Source: Nitrospirales bacterium
Lineage (GTDB): Bacteria > Nitrospirota > Nitrospiria > Nitrospirales > UBA8639
Assembly (NCBI GenBank): GCA_963555755.3
Contig: OY820905.2
Span: 1,344,001-1,408,000 of the forward strand
DNA: 64,000 nucleotides
Direction: 5' to 3'
Shown here piece by piece: positions 1 through 10,033 of this stretch. The position numbers were made by a program, and so were the translations under genes. Each line of letters opens with the position of its first letter. The stretch's first letter is position 1. The notes beneath the pieces are model-generated. The model was not told the DNA's origin, made no database searches, and saw only the letters and a program-made list of their open reading frames with translations.

Positions 1-5
1 TTCCA

Positions 6-890
6 TTAAAACCCATCAATGACCTCGGGCGTGAGCCCATCAAGGTCATTAAATTCAATACTGCCATTGGGGTCAACAGTCAGTGTCCGGTGAACCTTAG
101 CGGAGGAATACTGCCCCGCTTTACAGTTGTGCTGCCACCAAACCACTTTTAGCACTTCCATGCTTCCTTCCGGTCTGGCAGACGAAGCATCATTTTCGAA
201 CATTTTAGGTAGAACCTTTTTAATTACCTCGGCATCTGTGTCACTAAATCCGGTCCTTTCCGCCAACTGTGGGTTCATAGAACCAAAAAAGACGTAAACA
301 CCTTGATCCACGCGATGTTTGATACCCATTGTGTCGGAACTTTTCTTGCCGTCTTTGGTGTCTTCGCCGCTTACACTTTTGGTGATCTGGGTACTAGTAA
401 CCTCGATAGGTTGCACGCTAAAAGCGGACTGCACGGTAACCGGGCCGCGAATGCCAATGGAGATGCCAGTATCGCCCTCATTCTCTTCGCCTTTCTTGGC
501 CTTTTTTCCGCCTTTCAGCGCGAAAAGTTGCCCGAAAGTACGTACATCCAGCCATTTCTTGCACGCCAATTCGACAGTTTCGGCTGAGCCAAGCTTGTTG
601 CCCAAGCCAGCTTCGGCACGCGCCCTGAGACTTTTGTATTCGTCCTCTTTCCGGTCATCTGACTGTACAAAGATCATGTCCCCATCGTCCGCTCTCTTGC
701 CATCGGCAACCCATTTTTCCAGGAGCCGATCCCTGATTTTTCGCTTATTACAAACATCAGTCATTTCCCCATAGTTGTCGTAGTCGGTGCGAGGGCGATT
801 TCCATTAAGTGGGTCACCATTTGGATTGGCCCGCTTGACGTGCAATACAACGGCAAAATCGATCTTGTTTTCCAGAGTGGTCATCTTCAT
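6..890 (-). CDS. cas7c: Type I-C CRISPR Cas7/Csd2
   Basis: NPNGDPLNGNRPR, TDVCNKRKIRD, DVRTFG and SARPEG motifs; follows cas8c. Confidence 0.95.
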   Translation of the reverse strand: MKMTTLENKIDFAVVLHVKRANPNGDPLNGNRPRTDYDNYGEMTDVCNKRKIRDRLLEKWVADGKRADDGDMIFVQSDDRKEDEYKSLRARAEAGLGNKLGSAETVELACKKWLDVRTFGQLFALKGGKKAKKGEENEGDTGISIGIRGPVTVQSAFSVQPIEVTSTQITKSVSGEDTKDGKKSSDTMGIKHRVDQGVYVFFGSMNPQLAERTGFSDTDAEVIKKVLPKMFENDASSARPEGSMEVLKVVWWQHNCKAGQYSSAKVHRTLTVDPNGSIEFNDLDGLTPEVIDGF

Positions 891-2803
891 TCTCCTTGAT
901 TGGTTTGGTTCTCGGTGGTGTCTTCAGCCGTATCCGATTCATACTTTGGCCATAGGGCTTGCCTTTGACAGTGGTATCCCAGTAGGAACTCGCCGGAAAG
1001 TCTTGTCTCGCTCATGAAATCCTGACCACTGAAAGCACAAACAATTTCATCGGTTAGCTTTTCCATCTCGATCAAAAAGGCTGGGCGCTTGGAACGGAGG
1101 CGGCTCTTATAGGGGGCCAGTGAAAGTTCGATGGTTCGCCACGTTGAACAGGGATGATCGGAGAAACGCTGCATGAGCTTGGCTGCCGTGGTGTCCCGTT
1201 TCTCTCCAGCCACAAACAAGGCTCTGCTTTCAAGATGATCTGCCACTGCTAAGAGTCGTCCGTAGAGATAATCACGCGAGGTTCTGCCCTGCTCTAATGC
1301 CATTTGGTAACTCCTTTGTTTGTGGTACCCCCTGAACAAGGCGCAGGCAATGCCCAGGTTTTTTTCCCATTCCCATTTTTTGAGCCCCGATCGATTGGCC
1401 GTTCTGTGCACTGTGGATTCCACGAGGTCTCGTGGGATAGGTCGCCCATCAATGATGCAGGGGAGCAGCCGTTCCACCGTGGCCTTGCGGAGCTTCTCGC
1501 CCCCCTTGCCTTCCACTTGCCGACCATAGGCAGCTTCGGCGATGTCTCTGGGCGAGGGAGCACCTACGAACTTTAAGTCCCTGCTAAAGTTCTGATGCCA
1601 AGCACAGGACTCGTGCCATAGCTGAATGTGTTCAAGGAATTCCGATCCGGTCAGTTCCCGGTAATAGGTGATGGCCATACGTCCGGGCGTGGCTGAGTCC
1701 AGCGCCATGACCACGATTTCATCTGTCGCACCGAGGCGGGCGCGATAGCCGGCAATATACTTCCTCAGTCTGCCGGCAAAATTCTGACCAGCATCTCCTT
1801 GATATGCGGATGCTGAATCTTCCTCTTTGGATTCCAGGCCAAACATCTGGGCGGAGTTGGCAAACGGGTCGAGCAATGCTTTGCCGGATACCGTCCATGC
1901 CACGACAACTTGATCTCCGTTCCGAAATGCTTGTTTCCGATTTTTATCAAGCAGCCAGCGTAAGGCATTGTGGGCTTTCTGTGTCACCTCGAACCCAACG
2001 CCTAAAGCCTGATCCGCGTTGGTGAAGCGGCCAAGAAATGTAAACCCGCTAAGATCATTGGATGAAATCAATTTGGCACTGTCACCACCATACCGGAGCC
2101 GCTTTGGATGACTTTGAGCCAAGACCCTTGTCTTACCAGTCACCATGCAAAAACCCTCTTCTTGGTTCTGACTGGCATCGAAACTGATCCATGCGTCCTT
2201 TAAGCTTTGGTCTTCCCAGGTTTCTGGAATGAGGTCCCCCGGCTTTTCCACGCGCCAGCGGATAAAAGCATCACCTTGATCACGTTCTCCCTCCTTCGCG
2301 GTCAGGTGCTTGAATATCTCGGGTGCTGGCTGATCTGATTTCGGGGTGGTTGGGAGAACATTGTCATTATCAACGTGAAGAACCTTCTCTCGGACGAGAT
2401 CGGCCACGACAGTTCCCTTGCGGACATATTCAAGGACTGCCCTGACTTTAGGGTGGGAGAAGCTGGATTCGGCCCAGCTTGTGAGCTGCTCGGTATAACC
2501 GGGGTAGTAGGATTTTTTCTTGCCGCCATGTTTCGGATAGTCTGCGCCACAATATTGAACCTTGTCGCATAGAGGATGTGGTGCTTCACCGCTTGTCCTT
2601 GCTGCGGATTTCTCCGTGGCAGGCAGCGTTATTTCGATTTTCGGAACAATCTTGGCGCGCCGAAAGTTTCCATTTTCGTCTAAAGTGATCTCAACATGTG
2701 CTTGCTGGATCGTATGGCTGATGGGCAGCAGAGAAGGGTTGGCAAACTGCGGCGCACCGTAGCATTGCTCGTAGGTGTCATAGAGTTTTTGAATCCAGCT
2801 CAT
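887..2803 (-). CDS. cas8c: Type I-C CRISPR Cas8c/Csd1
   Basis: MSWIQKLYDTY N-terminus, PHPLCDK, AKLISSND, YLYGRLLA, FLLGYHCQ; 4-bp overlap with cas7. Confidence 0.95.
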   Translation of the reverse strand: MSWIQKLYDTYEQCYGAPQFANPSLLPISHTIQQAHVEITLDENGNFRRAKIVPKIEITLPATEKSAARTSGEAPHPLCDKVQYCGADYPKHGGKKKSYYPGYTEQLTSWAESSFSHPKVRAVLEYVRKGTVVADLVREKVLHVDNDNVLPTTPKSDQPAPEIFKHLTAKEGERDQGDAFIRWRVEKPGDLIPETWEDQSLKDAWISFDASQNQEEGFCMVTGKTRVLAQSHPKRLRYGGDSAKLISSNDLSGFTFLGRFTNADQALGVGFEVTQKAHNALRWLLDKNRKQAFRNGDQVVVAWTVSGKALLDPFANSAQMFGLESKEEDSASAYQGDAGQNFAGRLRKYIAGYRARLGATDEIVVMALDSATPGRMAITYYRELTGSEFLEHIQLWHESCAWHQNFSRDLKFVGAPSPRDIAEAAYGRQVEGKGGEKLRKATVERLLPCIIDGRPIPRDLVESTVHRTANRSGLKKWEWEKNLGIACALFRGYHKQRSYQMALEQGRTSRDYLYGRLLAVADHLESRALFVAGEKRDTTAAKLMQRFSDHPCSTWRTIELSLAPYKSRLRSKRPAFLIEMEKLTDEIVCAFSGQDFMSETRLSGEFLLGYHCQRQALWPKYESDTAEDTTENQTNQGE

Positions 2804-2804
2804 T

Positions 2805-3527
2805 TCAGCACCCTAACCCTATGGCTTCGGCCTCAACGTTGACGAAATTACGCCCCGGGAGGAACTGTTTGGGATACATCTGTCTAATGAACTTTCGGAT
2901 ATCGCACTGTTCCGGGCGGTCAAATTTTACAACTCCATTAACCATCTTGGGACGGCAGAACCGTGCCTCAAGTTTGTTCTCTCCGGTTTCGTCCGGGTAG
3001 TCGAATCCGTGAAACATAAGACCATATGCGAGTTCAGGGGCATCGTCGTAGACACCTGCACCTGAACCGAATTCGCAAGGCTCGGCATAGCCCTGACAAT
3101 CACGAGTACCCAGAAATATATCTTGGCGTCCTCCACGCTCCAACATCCGCTTAGCGATAATGTGATGTTTGGATTCATTCCTGTCATCGGCCAGCTCCGG
3201 GCGATGTTCGTTCCACTCAAAATGGGCACGTACTTGATATTCAACATCAGCCAGAAAAGTGTAGATGGCCAAGGTATTGCCACCTCCGAATTCCAATGGT
3301 TTTGTGCCTTTCGTCTGTGTGCGAATGCGCTTCATTACCCGCACTTCGTCAATCACCCAGATGAACGTTGGTTTCCAGTAGATGGACTTCGCAATTCCTT
3401 TCAGTGCCTCGTAGGTCGGGATGTGATAGGAACACTTCTCACCGCCGATCTTTGTCAGTGGGTCCGTAAACAGTGCAAAGCGTCCCCATACTTTGAATTC
3501 AATGCTGCTGTTGAGTGCGTCATGCAT
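2805..3527 (-). CDS. cas5c: Type I-C Cas5d
   Basis: ALFTDP, SYHIPTYEALKGI, IYWKP and IFLGTRDC motifs. Confidence 0.95.
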   Translation of the reverse strand: MHDALNSSIEFKVWGRFALFTDPLTKIGGEKCSYHIPTYEALKGIAKSIYWKPTFIWVIDEVRVMKRIRTQTKGTKPLEFGGGNTLAIYTFLADVEYQVRAHFEWNEHRPELADDRNESKHHIIAKRMLERGGRQDIFLGTRDCQGYAEPCEFGSGAGVYDDAPELAYGLMFHGFDYPDETGENKLEARFCRPKMVNGVVKFDRPEQCDIRKFIRQMYPKQFLPGRNFVNVEAEAIGLGC

Positions 3528-6015
3528 TTAGCACCTCCATAGGTCCCTCAGGGGTTTGGCTGAGGCCGAAGTCTGGACTGTAATATCGGGAATCAGATAG
3601 ATAGAGGATATCTATCCCCTCTTGAATTGCGTGCACAGCGTGCTGCTCCTGTAACTGTTTCAGGACGTGTGGAAATACATTGACTGTATACTGCTGTGCC
3701 TTGCGTAATAGAATAGGCTGTTTTTCAATCTCGGATGCCGCACACAGTTTGCTGATGAGGTCCTTTCCTTCCTTGCCATAGAGAACAATGACGCCCCGTG
3801 TCGGCGCATCGATCGCCTTGAACGCCTTTGCAGCGGACATGAAGGATTGGCGCAAGTAGATGTTTGGGGCAGTTCCATTGCCGCGTTCGAACTCTCTCAC
3901 CGCGGTCGGATTGACAGACAACAGATCTAGCAACGTGTCTTCACGGCCGACTGCCTTCGCGGAAATGGGATAGCTCATCTCATTCCGCCTGGCAAAGAAA
4001 TAGTAGTCGAAATACCGCTCCATCGCTTTCGGGCCAAGTAGGTTCCCATCGAATTCCCATTCTCCCGCTATCGCCTCGTCTAAGAGCCGTTCAGTGACAT
4101 CTCTACCGCATCGAATATCTTTCAGCCTATCCAGGCTCTCGTCAGATGGATTGACAACATGGACCCGCCCGATTTCCCGAAGCTTGTTGCGATTGCACCG
4201 CCCGGCAGCCTGGGCAACGGAATCCAGTCCAGCGGTGAATCGAATGACCGAGCCGAAATCCACGTCCACGCCAGCTTCTATCAATTGCGTACTGATGCAT
4301 ATCACCGGCGAACCAGGAGAGACCAACAGTTTCCGTATCCGGTCAAGAATTTCTTTTCGGTGAGCAGGACACATGTTGGTGCTGAGATGGCAGATTGGGA
4401 CTTCCGTCTTTTCCCGACAGATCTTGAAAATAGCCTGCGCTGATTTCTTCGTGTTCACAATTACGAGGCAGCTTCCACTCTTGCCCACTTCTTCTAAAAT
4501 AAGATCTACAATTTCTTCACTGGCCCAACCTCCGGGTTTGCGGCGATTCAACACTTCAACTCGTTTCAAGTCATCAAAAACCTGCTTCACGTCAGGCATG
4601 ATTTCGTTCTCTTCCGCAAACCGCAGCGCGCCTTTGCTCTTGTCAACTCGATTCAGACGCGGTTGAGTCGCCGTGCAGAGCACGGCTGTGCTCCCGCAAT
4701 GTTCAACGAGAAAATTAATCGCATTGTTGAACAGGTGGACGCAATTGACGGGAATAGTCTGAATTTCGTCAAAGACAAGCACCGCATTTGCCAATTGATG
4801 CATTCGTCTCGCACCACGCGTCCCGTAACCGAAGAGCGCCTCAAGAAGCTGTACGCTCGTTGTGAATATCACCGGAGCATCCCAATTCTCAGTCAACATT
4901 TTTTCTTGCCAGCCTTGTTCTTCGGGGGTGAGGTTCGAATGATGCTCCAATACGATGCGACCGCGTTCCTCTTCCGACTGTTCGAGGATGTCGCGCACTA
5001 CCTGGGCATTCTGATCGATAATCGTTGTAAATGGGACGATATAGATGATCCGATGCATCTCCCACTTCTTCGCATGGTGCAAGGCGAAACGGACACTGGC
5101 GAGCGTTTTGCCGCCACCGGTCGGTACGGTTAGCGTATAGATACCCTTAGGGGCAGAAGCCTTCTCTCTACAATGATTGGAGACTTTCTGCCTGATTGCA
5201 TCAATCGGGTTTCGACTTCCAAACTTTTGCAATTCTTGCTCAAGGCGCTCGATGAGCGAATTCCAGTTAGGATATTGTCCCCTGGGTCGCTTTTTGGCGG
5301 CATTTGGATATTCAAAATCGGTCGTATTGATACGGTCAGCATCGATCAGACAACTAAATAAAAATCGAGCGAGAAGTCCGATCTTAAACCGAGCGACCAG
5401 GCTTTGGTTTGTACCGCCCTCACGAAGCGCAATCTGACGAATTGATTCCTTGAGACCGTCAATCAATCCCGATTTGCCCACTAGCTCGCCAAATCGCTTT
5501 GTAATTGAAGGATCCATTTTTTTTACGGCTTCGGAGAGGTGAGTCTTGGAATCTGACTTACTAATTCGTCGCGAAAAGTTGTCATCGACTGGACGGTTGG
5601 CGCCCGATGACAGGCAATCAATCAGGCCGGAATGGTGTGATGCGATACACAAGGCCAAAATCTGGCCAACAATTTTCCCCATACCCCCTCGCTCAGACAG
5701 ATTCTCCCAAATAAGTTGTGCCCCTGCCGTGGAATGATCCACTTTGCCTTTGAGTCCTTGTGCATCGACGAAGTCCTCATCTTCATCTTGGTTGATTAGC
5801 CCCACAGCAGATTTGAGATAGCCTTGAAACTCCTTGCTATATTTTCCTAAATCGTGAAGTAGCCCAATAAGCTCACCTTGTTCCTTCAGACCAATTTTTC
5901 CAGCAAGCGCTTGGGAAATAGCGGCGACCCCAAGTAAATGATTCTCAAGGCTTTGTTGGGCTTTATCAGATTTTCGCTGATGAGCAATGTAAAAAGGCTC
6001 ATCCATGTTACTCAA
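3520..6015 (-). CDS. cas3: Cas3 HD nuclease/helicase (alternative start 6006)
   Basis: HDLGK HD domain, PTGGGKT Walker A, DEIQ, TAT, STQLIEAGVD, QAAGRCNR. Confidence 0.95.
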   Translation of the reverse strand: MSNMDEPFYIAHQRKSDKAQQSLENHLLGVAAISQALAGKIGLKEQGELIGLLHDLGKYSKEFQGYLKSAVGLINQDEDEDFVDAQGLKGKVDHSTAGAQLIWENLSERGGMGKIVGQILALCIASHHSGLIDCLSSGANRPVDDNFSRRISKSDSKTHLSEAVKKMDPSITKRFGELVGKSGLIDGLKESIRQIALREGGTNQSLVARFKIGLLARFLFSCLIDADRINTTDFEYPNAAKKRPRGQYPNWNSLIERLEQELQKFGSRNPIDAIRQKVSNHCREKASAPKGIYTLTVPTGGGKTLASVRFALHHAKKWEMHRIIYIVPFTTIIDQNAQVVRDILEQSEEERGRIVLEHHSNLTPEEQGWQEKMLTENWDAPVIFTTSVQLLEALFGYGTRGARRMHQLANAVLVFDEIQTIPVNCVHLFNNAINFLVEHCGSTAVLCTATQPRLNRVDKSKGALRFAEENEIMPDVKQVFDDLKRVEVLNRRKPGGWASEEIVDLILEEVGKSGSCLVIVNTKKSAQAIFKICREKTEVPICHLSTNMCPAHRKEILDRIRKLLVSPGSPVICISTQLIEAGVDVDFGSVIRFTAGLDSVAQAAGRCNRNKLREIGRVHVVNPSDESLDRLKDIRCGRDVTERLLDEAIAGEWEFDGNLLGPKAMERYFDYYFFARRNEMSYPISAKAVGREDTLLDLLSVNPTAVREFERGNGTAPNIYLRQSFMSAAKAFKAIDAPTRGVIVLYGKEGKDLISKLCAASEIEKQPILLRKAQQYTVNVFPHVLKQLQEQHAVHAIQEGIDILYLSDSRYYSPDFGLSQTPEGPMEVLNA

Positions 6016-6454
6016 AAGCCAAGTCTTTTAAATGAATTACAATACTATGCCCCTTCATTTTGCGAAGTAGGGCAGTATCCGCGGTGACACATGGGAATCC
6101 TAAAATCTCGGCCAGGGCGACGTAGACGGCGTCGTACCAAGTGAGGTTGTATGCCCACGCAATGGCATTGGTTTTACGCAGCACCGGGAGGGCATGTTGT
6201 TCGACTTGGATATCCAGGTCGGCGAGTGTCGTGAGCACTTGGGCTAACTCATCTTCCGTGCCCTTTCGACCGGCTTTGATGGCGTTGGGCACTTCCAGGA
6301 GAAACAACTCGGGCACGATCATTCGTGTTTTGCCTTCAACATGATGTCGCCGAATGGCCAAGGCCACGTCCCGATCAGCTTCGCCTTCCCGGATAAACCA
6401 TTTCACTCCCACTGAGGCATCCACCACGTAGCTGGCATGATAGGCAGGAATCAT
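6008..6454 (-). CDS. vapC: PIN-domain VapC family toxin
   Basis: VVDASVGVKW, E, YDAVYVALA and TAD PIN acidic motifs. Confidence 0.9.
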   Translation of the reverse strand: MIPAYHASYVVDASVGVKWFIREGEADRDVALAIRRHHVEGKTRMIVPELFLLEVPNAIKAGRKGTEDELAQVLTTLADLDIQVEQHALPVLRKTNAIAWAYNLTWYDAVYVALAEILGFPCVTADTALLRKMKGHSIVIHLKDLAFE

Positions 6455-6723
6455 CGCTTTACCCCGGTCCTCTGGTCACGAAACTGACGGATGGTTCCCA
6501 CGCCATCCCACTTGCCGAACTTGTCTGCTAGTTTGTCCATGTTCGTGGCGGCTTTTTCCATCCGTTGTTTCCGTTCGCCGGCTTCTTTTTCCATCCTCCG
6601 CGCTTCCAGATAACGATGGGCCGCTTTTTGCAGCAACCCACTTCGACTGAGGTTTTCTTCTTCCGCTGCTTGATCAACTTCTTTTAAGATCTCTTCTTGA
6701 ATCATGATATTTACGCGAGCCAT
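6451..6723 (-). CDS. RHH/CopG-family antitoxin (VapB-like)
   Basis: MARVNIMIQEEILKEVDQAAEEENLSRSGLL RHH pattern; GGAGG SD before ATG 6723; ATGA overlap with vapC. Confidence 0.85.
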   Translation of the reverse strand: MARVNIMIQEEILKEVDQAAEEENLSRSGLLQKAAHRYLEARRMEKEAGERKQRMEKAATNMDKLADKFGKWDGVGTIRQFRDQRTGVKR

Positions 6724-6745
6724 AAACACCTCCAATGGTACAATT

Positions 6746-6780
6746 TTACACATTTTACTGTGTAATTTTTAACAAATCAA
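6746..6780 (-). promoter_or_regulatory. Sigma70-type promoter with an overlapping palindromic operator for the antitoxin-vapC-cas operon
   Basis: Minus strand TTGATT-17 bp-TAAAAT; TTACACA-N6-TGTGTAA inverted repeat at 6746-6765 straddles the -10 box. Confidence 0.6.
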
Positions 6781-6805
6781 GTGTGTATTAATTTGAATAA
6801 AATAA

Positions 6806-7817
6806 GATGGTTCTACGGTTGACTCCGGTTGAGACAGTTGCGACTATGCAGGTATGGGTCGTCCGCAGTATCCGAAGGACATGCGGGAATTCCGCCAACG
6901 CTTCACTTCACGCCAGGCTTGCCTTGAATATTTGGTGCAGAGTCGCTGGCCAGATGAGTTTGTTTGTCCAACGTGCACGGGTAAGTCGGCCTGGCTAAAC
7001 TCCAAGCGTTACGTTTTCGAGTGTAGGACGTGTGGTCGTCAGACTTCGCCTATGGCAGGCACGTTCATGCACCGTTCCCACGTGCCCGTCCAGGAGTGGT
7101 TCTGGGCTGCTTATCTCGTTACGACCCATACGCCAGGAATCAGTGCCGTCCAGCTCTCACGACAGCTTGGCCTATCGAGCGCCACCACAGCCTGGCATAT
7201 GCTGCATCGGCTGCGTCAAGGAATGGTCAACAAGAACCGAAGCCAGCTCTCTGGCTTGATTGAGGCCGATGAGGCGATCATCGGCGGACCAGCAAAAGGC
7301 AAGCAAGGTCGAGGCTCACCTGCAGCCAAGCACAAGAGTTTGCTGATCGGTGCCGTTGAGGTTCTCCCCTATACTGATAAGAAGGGAAAACAATGTGAAC
7401 GGGCAGGGCGGTTGCGTCTCTCGCTCCTAAAGGATGCAGGCGAGATCAGCATTCGTGGGTTTTTGATAGAAAATATTCAGGCCGGCTCCACACTCCGAAC
7501 CGATGGTTGGCGCGGGTATTCCGAGGCGGCGCTGGTGGGATACAAGCATCGTGTGCGAATTGTTCGGACACCGGGGCGAGCGCACAAAGTTGCGCCCCCT
7601 ATCCACCGGGTCTTCAGCAACCTCAAGGCGTGGCTCAATGGCACGCATCACGGGGTTGAGCCGAAGTATCTCCAGAGCTATCTGGACGAGTTTGTTTTCC
7701 GCTTCAACCGGCGCAAGACGCCGATGGCTGCGTTTCAAACCCTCCTCGGGATCTCAGTGAATAAAGCGCCGCTAACGCTTGGCGATCTGGTTAACCGGAG
7801 TCAACCGTAGAACCATC
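6806..7817 (+). mobile_element. IS1595-family insertion sequence
   Basis: Perfect 25-bp TIR GATGGTTCTACGGTTGACTCCGGTT; 8-bp TSD TAAAATAA at 6798-6805 and 7818-7825. Confidence 0.95.
6854..7810 (+). CDS. IS1595-family transposase
   Basis: CPTC..CRTC zinc ribbon, IEADE, TDG, YLDEFVFRFNRR. Confidence 0.93.
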   Translation: MGRPQYPKDMREFRQRFTSRQACLEYLVQSRWPDEFVCPTCTGKSAWLNSKRYVFECRTCGRQTSPMAGTFMHRSHVPVQEWFWAAYLVTTHTPGISAVQLSRQLGLSSATTAWHMLHRLRQGMVNKNRSQLSGLIEADEAIIGGPAKGKQGRGSPAAKHKSLLIGAVEVLPYTDKKGKQCERAGRLRLSLLKDAGEISIRGFLIENIQAGSTLRTDGWRGYSEAALVGYKHRVRIVRTPGRAHKVAPPIHRVFSNLKAWLNGTHHGVEPKYLQSYLDEFVFRFNRRKTPMAAFQTLLGISVNKAPLTLGDLVNRSQP

Positions 7818-8245
7818 TAAAATAATACACTCACCTTTTGAAAATTTTGCGGCAACCTAAGCAAATTGTTAAACCCAAAAACGGCAGTTGGCAATCTCGG
7901 GACCCTCCGACTACCGCGGGAGCCGCGGCGCTGAGGGCGAACGGACTCTCACCCAACGGGAGAACTGCCATGTATAGTATTTTAACTTTCTGATGAGCTA
8001 ACCCCTCACCCTAACCCTCATTCTTTCTTAAAGAATGAGCCCCTCAGGGGCGAGGGGCTTTGAAATGTCTTAGTTGAAAGTTAAAAAGGCTACAATTGGG
8101 GAGGGTAAATGATTGAGAACAGGTTGGTTGATGGTGAAAAACTCGTGTAGGGATCAGAACTGCGGCTCGTTGATTAGCAGCCAGCAGGTCTCGTTTGGAG
8201 GCTGTCTCTGCGAGGAGTTCAATTGGCAGATTTCTATATTTTTTA

Positions 8246-8614
8246 GGGTCTTCTCCCAAGTGAGTGGGTAAATTGGGGAGAGTCATTTCCTGAAAGGCTT
8301 GCTGGAGAAGAGGTTGGTGGGTTTTTTGACCGTGGGAAAAGTGGCCAGGCTTTCTTGAGGCTTCACCCTGATGATCCCTCCCCTTTGTAAGGAGAGGCTA
8401 GGTGGGGTAGAGCCCGTGGCAAGGAGCGAGTTGCAGCCATGCTGAAAGCCCGGACCGGATTCGACAGCAGGCTGCTGACGCGGTAACGAATCTGGATGGG
8501 GTGCTCCAAGAGCGACCTGAGCGGCTGTCGTGGCCCCCTACCTCCCCGACCCCTCCTTACAAAGGAGGGGTGTGAAAAACCCCAGAAGTTACCCGCACGA
8601 TTTGGAGAAGAGCC
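8246..8614. mobile_element. Non-coding MITE with 8-bp TSD
   Basis: Imperfect TIR GGGTCTTCTCCCAAGTGAGTGGGTAA / GGCTCTTCTCCAAATCGTGCGGGTAA; TSD ATTTTTTA at 8238-8245 and 8615-8622; internal inverted hairpin pair. Confidence 0.75.
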
Positions 8615-8636
8615 ATTTTTTAATCTCGCCTCTGGG

Positions 8637-9332
8637 TCACTGATTTTTTGAACGAACCCGATACGGTACTGGATCTTCCAGCCCGGCCTGGCGAAAGCCT
8701 TCTAGGCGTATGAGACAACTGTCGCATTGACCGCAGGCCACCCCGGACTCATCCGGGTCATAACAGCTATGCGTGAGTTCGAAGGGCACGCCTAACTCTA
8801 CCCCCTGCTGAATAATTTGGGACTTGCTGAGCTGAAGAAGGGGGGCCTTGATCTTGACGGCTTCGCCTTCTACCCCCATTTTAGTTCCTAACCGTGCCAC
8901 GGTTTCAAAGGCGTGCAAAAATTCCGGACGGCAATCCGGGTACCCTGAATAATCCAGCACGTTCGCTCCGATAAAAATGCTCCGGGCCTGTACCGCTTCC
9001 GCAAAGGCCAAAGCCAGAGATAAAAATACGGTATTCCTTGCAGGCACATAGGTATTGGGAATCCCCTGACCTCGTTCTGCTTCCGATCGACTCCTGGGAA
9101 CAGAACCCTCTCCAACCAATGCCGACCCACCAAATACACTCAGGTCAAGGTGCAAGATTTTATGTTCCTGAGCCCCGACCCACGCGGCAACCTCCTTGGC
9201 GCGAGTCACTTCCACCTGATGACATTGACCGTACATCAGGGTCAAGAGGTACAAATCCCATCCTTCCCGTTTGGCCACAGCCGCCGTGACCGTGGAATCC
9301 AAACCTCCGCTGGCTAAGACGATTGCGTTCAC
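8637..9332 (-). CDS. queC: 7-cyano-7-deazaguanine synthase
   Basis: SGGLDS, TYVPARN, YSGYPDCR, SCY..CGQCDSC. Confidence 0.96.
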   Translation of the reverse strand: MNAIVLASGGLDSTVTAAVAKREGWDLYLLTLMYGQCHQVEVTRAKEVAAWVGAQEHKILHLDLSVFGGSALVGEGSVPRSRSEAERGQGIPNTYVPARNTVFLSLALAFAEAVQARSIFIGANVLDYSGYPDCRPEFLHAFETVARLGTKMGVEGEAVKIKAPLLQLSKSQIIQQGVELGVPFELTHSCYDPDESGVACGQCDSCLIRLEGFRQAGLEDPVPYRVRSKNQ

Positions 9333-9893
9333 AACTCATCCTTCACACTGTCGAATCTCGTGTATATCAGTCTAAGGATTGCATAGGATAACTTCACCTC
9401 TCCCAACGATCAGCGTAAAGTTTCCTCATCAGGTTGGCAACGGCCTGACAAGCCATTGGATTGAACCCGAATTCCCCCGTGAACACAAGGGCTTTTCTCC
9501 CAATATCATTTTGACTCCTTCGACTACGCCTGTCCTGAGCTTGCCGAAGGGCTCAGCACAGGCAACGGGATAATTCTGTTTCCTCCCACCTCGCCAAGAT
9601 TTCTCACATCCGCCTGCCCGGAGCTTGTCGATGGGTTCGAAATGACAACGGTCCTCATGGATGAAGGCCGTATTCCCAGATTGGATGCGGTGATTGAACC
9701 CTTCCAAGCACGGTGATTCACACGCGACGACGGAATCCTGGTTAAAAGGGAAGGCGATGTTTTGGGAAAAAGACTGGAGCGAAGAAAGAAGCGTTGATGA
9801 AAAATGAAGGGACGACGCGCTCGTGTGTAAATCATGGATCCGGAACTCGCGCCGTGGAACGAATCATACCACGAGGATGATCCCACAATTTAA

Positions 9894-10033
9894 GGGCACC
9901 TCTAAAAACCGTCCTTTTCCGTGATGGCGGCGTCAGCCGCGTGCTCAAATCTTCATGTATTCGCCCATACACTCCGGTTTTCCGCGCGCGGCTTCCTTGC
10001 CCTCACCAAAATGCCTGGTTTTTAGAGGTGCCC
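9894..10033. repeat. MITE family A, copy 1
   Basis: TIR GGGCACCTCTAAAAACC; flanked by TTAA on both sides; near-identical copies at 17009 and 26625. Confidence 0.9.

Noticed and set aside
8003..8058. CCCCTCACC..GAGGGG hairpins (also near 12243, 49113, 50476, 51041) as a novel system
   Set aside because: Short REP-like intergenic hairpins of a common type with no further organisation visible.
1..8600. CRISPR array or CreTA-like mini-array near the cas genes
   Set aside because: No repeat-spacer periodicity or I-C-like repeat seen; the array and cas4/1/2 probably lie beyond the left edge.
9333..9430. preQ1 riboswitch upstream of queC
   Set aside because: No recognisable preQ1 stem with A-rich tail.
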